A stretch of DNA of 64,000 nt, from NCBI RefSeq assembly GCF_006345805.1, contig NC_043006.1:37634001-37698000 (forward strand). Reading direction: 5' to 3'. Position numbers and translations under genes: made by a program. Positions 52,199-64,000 of this stretch are shown here, one piece after another; the first letter of the stretch is position 1, and each line of letters opens with the position of its first letter. The stretch is from Octopus sinensis (Eukaryota). Below the pieces are notes generated by a model, which was not told the DNA's origin, ran no database searches, and saw only the letters and a list, made by a program, of their open reading frames with translations.

Positions 52199-52479
52199 TA
52201 CGTGTATATATGGGTGTATATATGTATGAGTATACACAAACATATGTAATATAGTATGTAAGTATTATGAATGTATGGATATCTCTATGTGTATACTATG
52301 TGTGTGTATGTGTATGCATATATCTATATATGTATGTATGGATATATCGTGTATGTCTATAGCAACACTCGTATTCTATATATAGAGAGAGGTAGATATA
52401 AATACATTGAAGCGAACACATGTTGCATGGCATACGTAAGTGTATATGTATTATCATATGTGTATATATATCCGCACGC

Positions 52480-52518
<39 letters not shown>

Positions 52519-52703
52519 GTGTGTGTCTAAAAGAGTTTGTTTATGTCTATTCTGGAAATAATACGTTCAAAACGCTATATTTGGATATATATTATTAACC
52601 TGTCAACACATCCGCCACACTGTCACACCCCCTCTCTCTCCATCTCACGCGTTGATTCACTCGCACTCTCTTCTGTCTCTCTGTGTCAAACATACATATA
52701 TTA

Positions 52704-52751
<48 letters not shown>

Positions 52752-52838
52752 TATGGTCATACATGTACACACACACACATAAGAATATATGTAAGTTTAT
52801 GTATGTATCTCTCTCTCTCTCTATATATATATATATAG

Positions 52839-52869
<31 letters not shown>

Positions 52870-52887
52870 CTATATATATATATATAG

Positions 52888-52920
<33 letters not shown>

Positions 52921-52921
52921 G

Positions 52922-52952
<31 letters not shown>

Positions 52953-52953
52953 G

Positions 52954-53022
<69 letters not shown>

Positions 53023-53135
53023 CATATGTTATATGCATACATGTACGTGTATATATGTATGTATGTATATATGTACGTATGAGCGTATGCAAGAGGGAGA
53101 GAAGGGGGAGAGCGAACCGAACAAGACTGGAATTA

Positions 53136-53173
<38 letters not shown>

Positions 53174-53319
53174 TGTGTGTATTTCCCTCTCCCTTCACCT
53201 TACTCCCACTCTTCCTCTCTCTCTCTACGTCACTTTCTATCCTTCTGTACACTTTTCTCCTTCATTTATATTTCCCTCTCTTTTCCAACTTGTATATTTA
53301 TCTCTCCATATTTCCTTCG

Positions 53320-54780
<1,461 letters not shown>

Positions 54781-54926
54781 TCACAATCACTGCAGCCAAC
54801 ACCTTTTCTGAATTACACATAAAGAGATATTTTTACACGCATCTCTAAGCACAACCACCTTACATTTATTTCAATACGTACACCAGGACACTTTATGGGA
54901 AATATGCGTGGGTGTCATATAGTGTG

Positions 54927-54959
<33 letters not shown>

Positions 54960-55020
54960 CACACACACACACGTGTGTGTCTGTGTGTGTGTGTTTATGT
55001 TTGTATGTGCATATATATTT

Positions 55021-55074
<54 letters not shown>

Positions 55075-55663
55075 AAATACATATATACTGCACGCATACA
55101 CATGTACATTTATCCAAAGTCATCCATTAATATGTAGCTTTATATATAACTGTGTACGCATAGGCTCTCTCTCTCTCTCGCTTTCTCTCTCTCACATAGA
55201 CACACATGCACATATATTCTCACACAGTAACATACACACACACACACACACACACGTTCCCTTCCAATAACTCAACTACATTAACCGCATCCGTGTGTTA
55301 TTTCTGTTTATCTCATAAACTTTTTTGTTATTTCTTTCATAAACCCTTTGACGTCTTTGGAATTCAGCATCATTGCTTTTTACTATCGAATGAGTTTATT
55401 GAAAAGTGGGCGAAAATGGCAAAAATAGCAAGAGTGGATGGCACCGCTCTGGTTATAGACCTATGATTCAGAGAACTAAAAGCTGGAGATGATACTAGGT
55501 CTCTATGTTCTGGGAGATCTTGGATAGTGGATTTCCTCGATTGGCCCGAGAGGTCCTCATGTATCAGGAAGGTTACACCGCTCTTTTTTTTATTGATTTA
55601 TTGGTTTACTCATGTATGCTATGTATGCTTTTTTTCTTTCTTTTATAAATAGTGTATAATGAA

Positions 55664-55954
55664 GGCTTATGGCCTAGTGGTAAAGTGTGTGGCACGCACG
55701 GTCGTGAGATCGTGATTTCGTTTCCCGGAACTGCTTTGCGTTGTGTTCTTGAGCGAAAACGACGCATTTCACTTGCTCCAATCCACTGAACTGTAAATAA
55801 TGGTAACTCTGCGACAGAATAACCTTCTGATTAGCAGGAATGTTGGCATTGTCACTTACCCAACAGGGTGACACTATTTGAAAGCTAAAACGATGCAAAT
55901 CGCATTGTGACCAGCGATGTACAACACCCGATAGCTGGCCGATCACGTGATCAC
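55664..55954 (+). mobile_element. tRNA-derived SINE, head D plus tail T4 (ends gatcacgtgatcac)
   Basis: Head similar to 27389 and 32217; tail fragment recurs at ~16833-16930 on the minus strand. Confidence 0.75.
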
Positions 55955-56299
55955 ATAAATATTGTAGACCACAGATACTTTTTTCCTACCATTCCATTCC
56001 ATGTACATCTGCACACTTCATGTCCGTCTTTTGTATTGTTCTTCTCCATCGCCCTGGGGGCAAATAAAAGAAATCACAACCAGGAAGAGGAGAGATGCAC
56101 ATGTCATGGTAATATTGGTGACCAGGGTGACTCGGGATCCTTTGTTGCACTTGGGTGGTACTTCCCTACTGTTCATTTTTTTCTCTTTTACTTGTTTCAG
56201 TCATTAGACTGCGGCCATGGTGGGGCACTGCCTTGTGATATTTTTAGTCAAATGAATCGACCCCAATAGGTATTATTTTGGTTTAGCTCACGTTCGGTC

Positions 56300-56500
56300 T
56301 TATTCATAGTAGGAATTATGTGAGTAGCGGATTACTACCTGTAACTTTTGTTATCCACACGTTTCCGACAGTCTCTCAAGTGCTTAGAACCCTCCTGATA
56401 ATCCTTGCTGTCTCTAAGAGACAAACTTTCTGTACGATCTCTACCGAGCATTCTATTCAAATCTCTTTAAGCCATTTGTTTCTATCTTTGCTTCAGTCTG
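56300..56500 (-). mobile_element. Short 3' end of an R4/Dong-like LINE
   Basis: KWLKEI*IECSVEIVQKVCLLETARIIRRVLST*. Confidence 0.72.
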
Positions 56501-56649
56501 ATACTTATTCTGTCAGTCTCTTTTGCCGAACCGCTAAGTTTTGGGGACATAAACACATCAGCACCAGTTTCCAAGTGGTGGTGGGGAACAAACACAGACA
56601 CAAAGATGCGCGCGCGCGCACACGTATATAGATATGTGTATGTGTTTAT

Positions 56650-56703
<54 letters not shown>

Positions 56704-57129
56704 GTGTTTATGTGTGTGTGTTTATATAGGTGGTGAGCTGGCAGAATCGTTAGCACGCCGGACTAAATGCTTAGCGGTATTTCGTCCATCTTTACATTCT
56801 GAGTTCAAATTCCACCAAGGATTTTTTCTTTTCCAATAGTCTAATCTGTTGAGTGTAGATGAAAATAATAATGATTATGATGATAATAATAATACTGATA
56901 AATGAAAAATAAAATGTAAGATGGTATGGTCATGACTGGAATGCTTTTGTCTGTGACATAGAATTGAGTTCTGTATTGAAACACAACGAAAGATTGCCAT
57001 GGATTAGCATTCTCGACAACGGGTAAGTAGTCTGCTATTCAACACAGTCAGCCATTCTGCTTCTCCATAGAACCAACGAATATATGTATGTCTCTTCTGT
57101 ATTTCATCATTTAAATTCTTCCTCTGAAG

Positions 57130-57594
57130 AAGGAACTCGTTTCTAACAATGATGCAAAGCTCCATGTATGTATGTAAGTCCTTATTCAGTTTATTTCAAG
57201 ATTTCTTGCTCATAGAGAAAGAACCGGTTCCTAATCTAGATCCAAGGTTCCTTCATTGGAATTTTAAATTCAACAACAGGGTATTTTTGTATGTATGTAT
57301 GACTGACTGACTGACTCACTCACTCACTCACTCACTCACTCACTCACTCACTCACTCACTCACTCACTCACTCACTCACTCACTCACTCACTCACTCACA
57401 CACTCACACTCACACACTCACACACACACACACACACAAACACATATTTAAATGATAAACTTCTGGAGAGTTTTACAGATTTTTACAGTTCCAGTGATGG
57501 ATTGGATCTCTAGTCTTCGAATTAGCTTTCTCCTTTCTGCTTTTGAGGAACCTAATTTCTCGAGATTGGTATTTAGTTAGTGTGTTGCATATCC
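57130..57594 (-). mobile_element. 3' end of the CATA-associated RLE LINE: ORF end, microsatellite and ~115-bp terminal unit
   Basis: 57447-57594 is the reverse-complement homolog of ~2680-2830; 57175-57295 matches the units at 11.4 and 28.6 kb. Confidence 0.72.
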
Positions 57595-57857
57595 TATGTT
57601 TGTCTCTCTGTCTGTCTGTCTGTCTGTCTGAAATTCCCAGGCATTTTCAATCACTAACATTTCTAGAATACCAATTGGCGAACAGTTTTCATACCTATTT
57701 GATTGTTTCTCCCTCTTTATTCTACTCTCCTAGCTGTACAGAATAGGCATAAACAAGTGGAAAGAACAGTCCATAATTCTTGAAATAATCGTAATCCATA
57801 TATATATTTATATATATATATATATATATAATCTCATATCATACACACACACACATG

Positions 57858-58335
57858 TGTCGTGGGCTGAAGGTTGTGAGCTGGTCTCTGGTGGTGAGTG
57901 GTTGAGTTGATGAATAATTGAACCATGCCCTCGAAAATTTAACAGATTTTATTGTCGCATATAAAGACGAACTACGTTGGCTTTTTACCGGCAGCAACAA
58001 TAATTACACACTGGGAAAGAGATACTGCTTGAAGTTTACTGCAAGCTATTGATACAACATGCGACTTGCTCAACATAACTGGAAATAATTGTATTCGTGG
58101 TGACGGTGGTTCTTGTCTATCTGCGTCATCTATCTTAGTCGTTCCTGGGTCATGTGACTGGTAAAGAAATGCGCGCTGAACGGTTTTACATAGGGTGACA
58201 GAAGTAAAATTCTAGAATGTTCGAGAAAACCTGTTCACACCATCGCTTCACGCTGATTAGTCGGTTAATAGGCTGATCACATGAAACTATTGTAGCTCGC
58301 TCGTGATGTCTGCGTATCCTCGAATCCTCGCTACA
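57858..58335 (-). mobile_element. Candidate solo LTR inserted in a (CA)n tract
   Basis: Minus-strand termini TGTAGCGAGG ... CCCACGACA; AATAAA on the minus strand near 57950; no clean TSD. Confidence 0.48.
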
Positions 58336-58386
58336 TACACATCATGTAATCTCTTTAGGTGATGTATTTATTGCGTGAAGTAATTC

Positions 58387-58632
58387 TATTAGATTATCAG
58401 ATAATTTCGTTCAACTTTTTACCCCCGTTTATGTTAATCTTTATTTTTTCACCAACAATTTTAACAAATCAGCCTGTAATATATTACCCTTCATTGCTTA
58501 TTGACAAGAAAAGAGCGTGAACAATGAAGGAAAACATAATACTAGCAGATTCGTTAAAATTGTTGATAAAAAACAGATTGAAATAAATGAGGAAAAGAAA
58601 AAAAATGAATGAATTTATCTGACAACCCAGTA
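58387..58632. mobile_element. Fold-back MITE made of two inverted copies of a mariner 3' end
   Basis: Both halves align to 43184-43295 (gggttgtcagataaattc...caacaattttaac...ccttcattgttcacg); TA at both ends. Confidence 0.8.
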
Positions 58633-59162
58633 GTTTTAATTCAGAAACATGTTGAACATCTCACACATCGGTCCACATCTTCACGCAAACCTGGCCAATA
58701 TGATTCTAATTTACACCCAGTCCGAATTGGCACCGAGTCAGAATGCATAACCTGATGTAGAGCTCTTATGAATAAAATCTCAAACAGGTTAAAGGAACAA
58801 TTAATTCTCCTTTAGGTAAGACAAGAAGGAATATCATCCTTAATTGTTAATTTTTTTTAATGACTTCAAAGAATTTTTAATATCATTTTCCTTGTTTTGT
58901 CCAATACTTGTTAAAGTCATTGGATTGCGACCATACTAGGGCATTGTCTTGAAAGTTTTTTTTCAGTCGACACCAGTGCACATATTTTTTAGATCTGGTA
59001 CTTATTCTATCGAACCGCCGAGTTACGAGGACATAAACAAACCGAGACCGGTTGTCAAACGGTGGGTAGACACAAAGACGCACGCAGATTATTGTTTCTC
59101 TTGTCCGTCTTTGTGTCGTCCATCTGTCCGAATGTTTTAATGCCCTTTATTGCGTTTTTGTT

Positions 59163-59572
59163 CCTATACTCTTTACTCTTTTACTTGTTTCGGTCATTTG
59201 ACTGCGGCCATGCTGGAGCACCGCCTTTTAGTCAAGCTAATCGACCCAGACTTATTCTTCTTGTAAGACTAGTACTTATTCTATCAGTCTCTTTTGTTGC
59301 CGAACCGCTAAGTTACGGGACGTAACAAAACACCAGCATCGGTTGTCAAGCGATGTTGGGGGGGGGGACAAACAGACATACAAACACATACACACATACA
59401 TATAGATATATACGACGGGCTTCTTTCAGTTTCCCTCTACCAAATCCACTCACAAGGCTTTGGTCAGGCCCAGGCTATAGAAGACACTTGCCCAAGGTGC
59501 CACGCAGTGGGACTGAACCCAGAACCATGTGGTTGGTAAGCAAGCTACTTACCACATAACTACCCCTGCGCC
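59163..59572 (-). mobile_element. Full SINE family A with short linker
   Basis: Contiguous head, linker and tail. Confidence 0.9.
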
Positions 59573-59603
59573 TATATATATATATATATATATAATATAT
59601 ATA

Positions 59604-59657
<54 letters not shown>

Positions 59658-60663
59658 GTCTGTGTATGCGACAGGCTTCTACACAGTTTCCGTCTACGAA
59701 ATTAACTGGCAAGGCATTGTGGTCGATCTGGGGCCATAGTAGAAGACGCTCGCTCAATGAGCTGCAAAGTGGAACTGAACGCTAAACCACGTTGTTGCAG
59801 AACGAACTTCTTAACCCTACAATAAGAACAATTGCTCTAATTATTCAAGATCCTTTTGCGAGATAACCGGATGTAATATTATGATTGGCAGTCTCGAGCG
59901 CTTTGTTTTTGTTTTACAATATCAGCTTCTGCAAATTCGATGAAAATACCACCATCATCACCATCTTCGTCGCGGTCTTCGTCATCGTAATCATCATCAT
60001 CGTTCTTATCCTTGTTGTCCTCCTCCTCCTCGTGATCCTTATCATGATCGTCGTCGTCGTCGTTCTTATCACCATCGTCCTCGTCGCCATTGTTTTCTTC
60101 TTCTTCTCCTCCTCCTTATCGTCGTCGTCGTCATTATTATCCTCATGTTCATGCCAGATAACATTATGAATAATTTCCAATCATGATAAGGCGTCAGCAT
60201 ATGGGATTCCAGATCCCTTAATATTAAGGTATTAACATAAACAAACGCTGTTATTTGTAAGACTTAAAACGCTTGGCAGAAGTTACTTTTGGTAAGCCAC
60301 AGTTTTTATCCAAAATAAATTCTAACGACCTACGAGCTGAGATCAATTGAAATTTTCATCTCATTTCATGAATTGACGCTGAACTATCAACATTCATCTC
60401 GTCCAAACCAAACAAGTCAAAATTGCTTCAGTTTATCGTTATACATGTCGCAGCATTCACTAACTCTAATCTCCATGACATTCACTAACTAACTAATCTC
60501 TCTTATCAATTTCCATTAATACGTCAAATTTTCACAAAATTTCAATGAATGATCACGTAAATTGTTTTAGCTTGACATTACGCTCTTTTGCATTTTAATT
60601 TAATCGCAACCTCTTCAGAAGTTTAGAAGTACAGTGATACCACGCAGTACGAGTTTAGTTCAA

Positions 60664-61221
60664 GGCGGCGAGCTGGCAGAAACGTTAGCACGCCGGGCGA
60701 AATGCTTTGCGGCATTCTGTCTGCCGTTACGTTCTGAGTTCAAATTCCGCTGAGGTCAACTTTGCCTTTCATCCTTTCGGGGTCGATAAATTAAGTACCA
60801 GTTACGCACTGGAGTCGATGTAATCGACTTAATCCGTTCGTCTATCCTTGTTTGTCCTCTGTATTTAGCCCCTTGTGGGTAGTAAAGAAATAGGTATTTC
60901 GTCTGCCGTTACGTTCTGAGTTCAAATTCCGCCGAGGTCGACATTGCTTTTCATCCTTTCGGGGTCGATTAAATAAATACCAGTTACGCACTGAGGTCGA
61001 TATAATCGACTTAATCTGTTTGTCTGTCCTTGTTTGTCCTCTGTGTTTAACCCTTTGTGGGTAGTAAAGAAATAGGTATTTCGTCTGCCGTTACGTCCTG
61101 AGTTCAAATTCAGCCGAGGTCGACTTTACTTTTCATCCAATCGGGGTCGATTGAATAAGTACCAGTTACGCACTGGGGTCGATGTAATCGACTTAATCCC
61201 TTTGTCTGTCCTTGTTTGTCC
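60664..61221 (+). mobile_element. SINE family B trimer (one full plus two head-less units, ~182-bp period)
   Basis: Junction aaagaaata|ggtatttcg at 60892/60893 and 61074/61075. Confidence 0.92.
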
Positions 61222-61667
61222 ACATTTTCCTCCTTTACCAATTTTGTTATATGACAAATGAAAAAACATCACGAAGATAGTGGACAATAGACAAAAACAC
61301 TGAGTTTTTAAGATTCGTAATGTACGATCTTTGTGAGTTTATCTGTACCGAAGGTTACACTGTAACCACCACCTCTGATTAGGTACTGGAGACATTACGC
61401 ACTGAGGGTTGATGTAATCGACTTAATCTCTTTGTCTGTCCTTGTTTGTCCCTTCTGTATTTAGTCCTTTGTGGGCAATAAAGAAATAAGAAACTGTATG
61501 TCAAAGAAGAGTTAAGAATTTAGCTGGGTTATGTCTCAATTCAGAATTATATTGCTGACGTCGACAGTTGCCGCTTGAAAAATTAAAGAAAAAATATTGT
61601 AAGAAAGACACATTTATATCAAATTCTTCAAATTCGAATCTTCTTATTTTTATTCTATTTTTTTTTA

Positions 61668-61973
61668 TTTATGCGCCCTTTTCAAACCTAGCCAGGCTCA
61701 TGGGCCCGGTTTCCCAGTTTCTATGGCGTATGTGTCCCCCCGATCTGGATGGGACGCCAGTCCATCGCAGCGTTACTCAAGAAACAGGAAGAAAGAGTGA
61801 GAGAAAGTTGGGGCGAAAGAGTACAACAGAGGTCGCCACCACCCTCTGCCGGAGCCTCGTGGAGCTTTAAGTGTTTAGCTCAATAAACACGCACAACGCC
61901 TGGTCTGGTAATCGAAACCGCGGTCCTCCGATCGCGAGTCCGCTACCCTAACCACTGGGCCATTGCGCCTCCA
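61668..61973 (-). mobile_element. tRNA-derived SINE, head C plus V-domain-like tail T2
   Basis: Minus strand contains ctgcgatggactggcgtcccatccag, resembling the V-SINE domain as I recall it. Confidence 0.8.
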
Positions 61974-62654
61974 CTTTCTTCTAATTACTGTTCTTGTTCT
62001 GTTGTTATGTCTGCCATTGTTGCTAGTGATATCACGTGATTGTTACTGTTACTGCCTGTTTTTGTTATTTTTGCTGCTGCTGCTACTGCGTCCACTTGTT
62101 GCTTCCACTTATTATTGCTGCTGCTGCTGCTGCTGTCGTAGTTGCTGTTGTTGTTATTTACCTTGTCTGATGTTTCCGCTCCTGAAATCCATTCTGAACT
62201 CAATAAGTCAATGACCTGACATTTATAAAACGGTCAAAGAAGTGTTTTCTGTATTGATCGAACAATGGCTGATATGAAATAAAGCGGAATATTCCTTTAA
62301 TCTATTCTGTAATAGAAAAACCCATAAAATGAAAGAATTGTGCCGAGTCCATTGGGTGAAATATATGTTTCTCATCTGGAGCATCATCGATTTATATTCA
62401 GCAACCTCGTGAGTGGCCCGCTATGGAGTTTAGCTCCAACACTTGGGACAGGGTTGTTGCTACATTCAGCCATATTCTAGAAAGCATTCGAAAGAAAGCC
62501 ATCCAGGTGATCGCCAAAGACAAAATATCTATGGGAGCAGGCGTAGCTGTGTGGTAAGAGGTCTGCTTCTCAGCCACATAGTGCCGGGTTCAGTCCCACT
62601 ACGTGACACCTTGTGAGTGGATTTGGTAGATGGAAACTGTAAGAAGCCTGTCGT

Positions 62655-63143
62655 AGATTATTATTTACTTATAATCTGCATGTTTGTTACAATCACTTGC
62701 CGAGACACACCCAGCGTCCTGGGGCGAATGAAGGATAGTAGATGTTACAGTTTGACCGAAAGCTTAGGTGAGAGGAAGTGGCCTGGTAGATTTTTTTTTT
62801 TTTAGCAAGCTTTGATCTTGTGCCGCCAAAATGAAACCTTCAGTCTCTACTTTTAGTCCTGAACTTCTCAGCCACTGATGGGATGTTGTTTGGTCTACAT
62901 TAGCATTTCGACTTCGAAGTATATACCGTCCATGCAAGAAGCTTCTGGCTCCACCGCTCCTCAATTTGTTTCTGCCCGTTCAATTTTGCAGTCTGATCCG
63001 TTTTGCTTGTTTTGTGGCATGGTTTCAGGCTCTTCAACTATTTCAGAGTTAATGCCAAGATCCCTTGCGAATTTGCAAGCTCCCTTCACAAGAGAATGCG
63101 ATTTTTTGCAGCTTTCGTGTTTGCACACAAGCCTCTATTATTA
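62655..63143 (-). mobile_element. Internally deleted R4/Dong-like element, copy-B family
   Basis: LHGRYILRS...GLKVETEGFILAAQDQSLL joined directly to the copy-B-type 3' UTR; TAA-type sequence at both ends. Confidence 0.85.
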
Positions 63144-63367
63144 TTATTATTGTTATTATTATTATTATTATTATTAACGGCATTTCGTCCGTGTATATGT
63201 TCTGAGTTCAAATTCCGCCGAGGTCGACTTTGCCTTTTATCCTTTCGGAGTCGATAAATTAAGTACCAGTGAAACACTGGGGTCGATGTAATCGACTTAA
63301 TCCCCGTCCACAAGCTAACCTCATGGAAAAAAAATTGAAATCCTTATTATTGTTGTTATTGTTACTA

Positions 63368-63580
63368 AGGCAGTGAGCTGGCTGAATCGTTAGTACACCG
63401 GGCGAAATGCTTAGCGGTATTTCGTCTGCCGCTACGTTCTGAATTCAAATCTAGCCGAAGTTGACTTTGCCTTTTATCCTTTCGGGGTTGATTAAATAAG
63501 TACCAGTTACACACTGGGGTCGATGTAATCGACTAAATCCCTTCCCCCAACGTTGAGGCCTTATGATTCTAGAAGAAAGA

Positions 63581-63612
<32 letters not shown>
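63368..63612 (+). mobile_element. SINE family B with (ATT)n tail
   Basis: ggcagtgagctggctgaatcgttag...ctagaagaaagaattattattatt. Confidence 0.88.
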
Positions 63613-63613
<1 letters not shown>

Positions 63614-64000
63614 GAGTGAGAGAGCAGTGCATGCCATCAAAGTGACACTAGGATAAAATATACGAAGCCCAGTATACCCATCATGACTACCCGTCTGATA
63701 AGGGTACACCAGGCACATGCATCACAATCATATGTACGCGACATGGTGATCTCATATGAAGATAAACAGCACATGACCTTGCAGGTGGGGCCCAGTTAGA
63801 ATTTTCTTCTGGTCGAGTAGCCCATCCCACTCAAAAGGTCCCTGAATAAGGGTTGTTTAAGGGTGTTGAACGAACCACCCATGTTTCCAAAGGTGAATTA
63901 TCTAAACCTCCAAGAAATCCTTTCAACACATGGCTATGATGCTCCCCCACTACTTCTGCTCATGATCAGAGATGCACATATTGTCAGCCACTAAGGGACA
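63613..64000 (-). mobile_element. Unassigned repeat ending in (AAT)n on the minus strand (probable LINE/SINE 3' portion); runs off the window
   Basis: Homologous pieces at ~49380-49560; abuts (TTA)n at 63612. Confidence 0.6.

Noticed and set aside
58777-58830. Strong donor-like AG|GTAAGA with a 28-nt candidate micro-exon
   Set aside because: Weak acceptor, and such motifs are frequent by chance in 64 kb
62270-62530. CR1/L2-like words (PAMEFSSNTW...ILESIRKKAIQVI)
   Set aside because: Too short and degenerate to list as a supported feature; possibly an old LINE scrap

Overview
Eukaryotic, AT-rich, repeat-saturated window with one 100-N gap (18364-18463). The SINE families resemble those I recall from octopus genomes, so a coleoid cephalopod (probably Octopus) is my inference, not a database result. 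I recognise no intact host protein-coding gene, rRNA, true tRNA or CRISPR array. Almost every ORF in the track is a microsatellite translation or a transposon remnant. Supported content: (i) at least six R4/Dong-like RLE LINE fragments, most bounded by (TAA)n on their sense strand; (ii) a second RLE LINE family apparently tied to (CATA)n; (iii) Tx1/L1-like, CR1-like and RTE-like fragments; (iv) three mariner copies, two maT-type and two DUF4817-type Tc1-like remnants, plus pogo-type, hAT and fold-back mariner MITEs; (v) a 1.78-kb long-TIR element with a perfect 8-bp TSD that splits a Tx1 reading frame; (vi) a non-autonomous Helitron with a Rep N-terminal remnant; (vii) dozens of tRNA-derived SINEs showing head/tail shuffling and recurrent head-less multimers; (viii) several hammerhead-ribozyme-like motifs, two of them with a >100-nt domain II; (ix) several fold-back palindromes beside (TA)n. 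SINE A/B, head C/D and tail T1-T4 are my own labels. Boundaries without a TSD or TIR are approximate (tens of bp).
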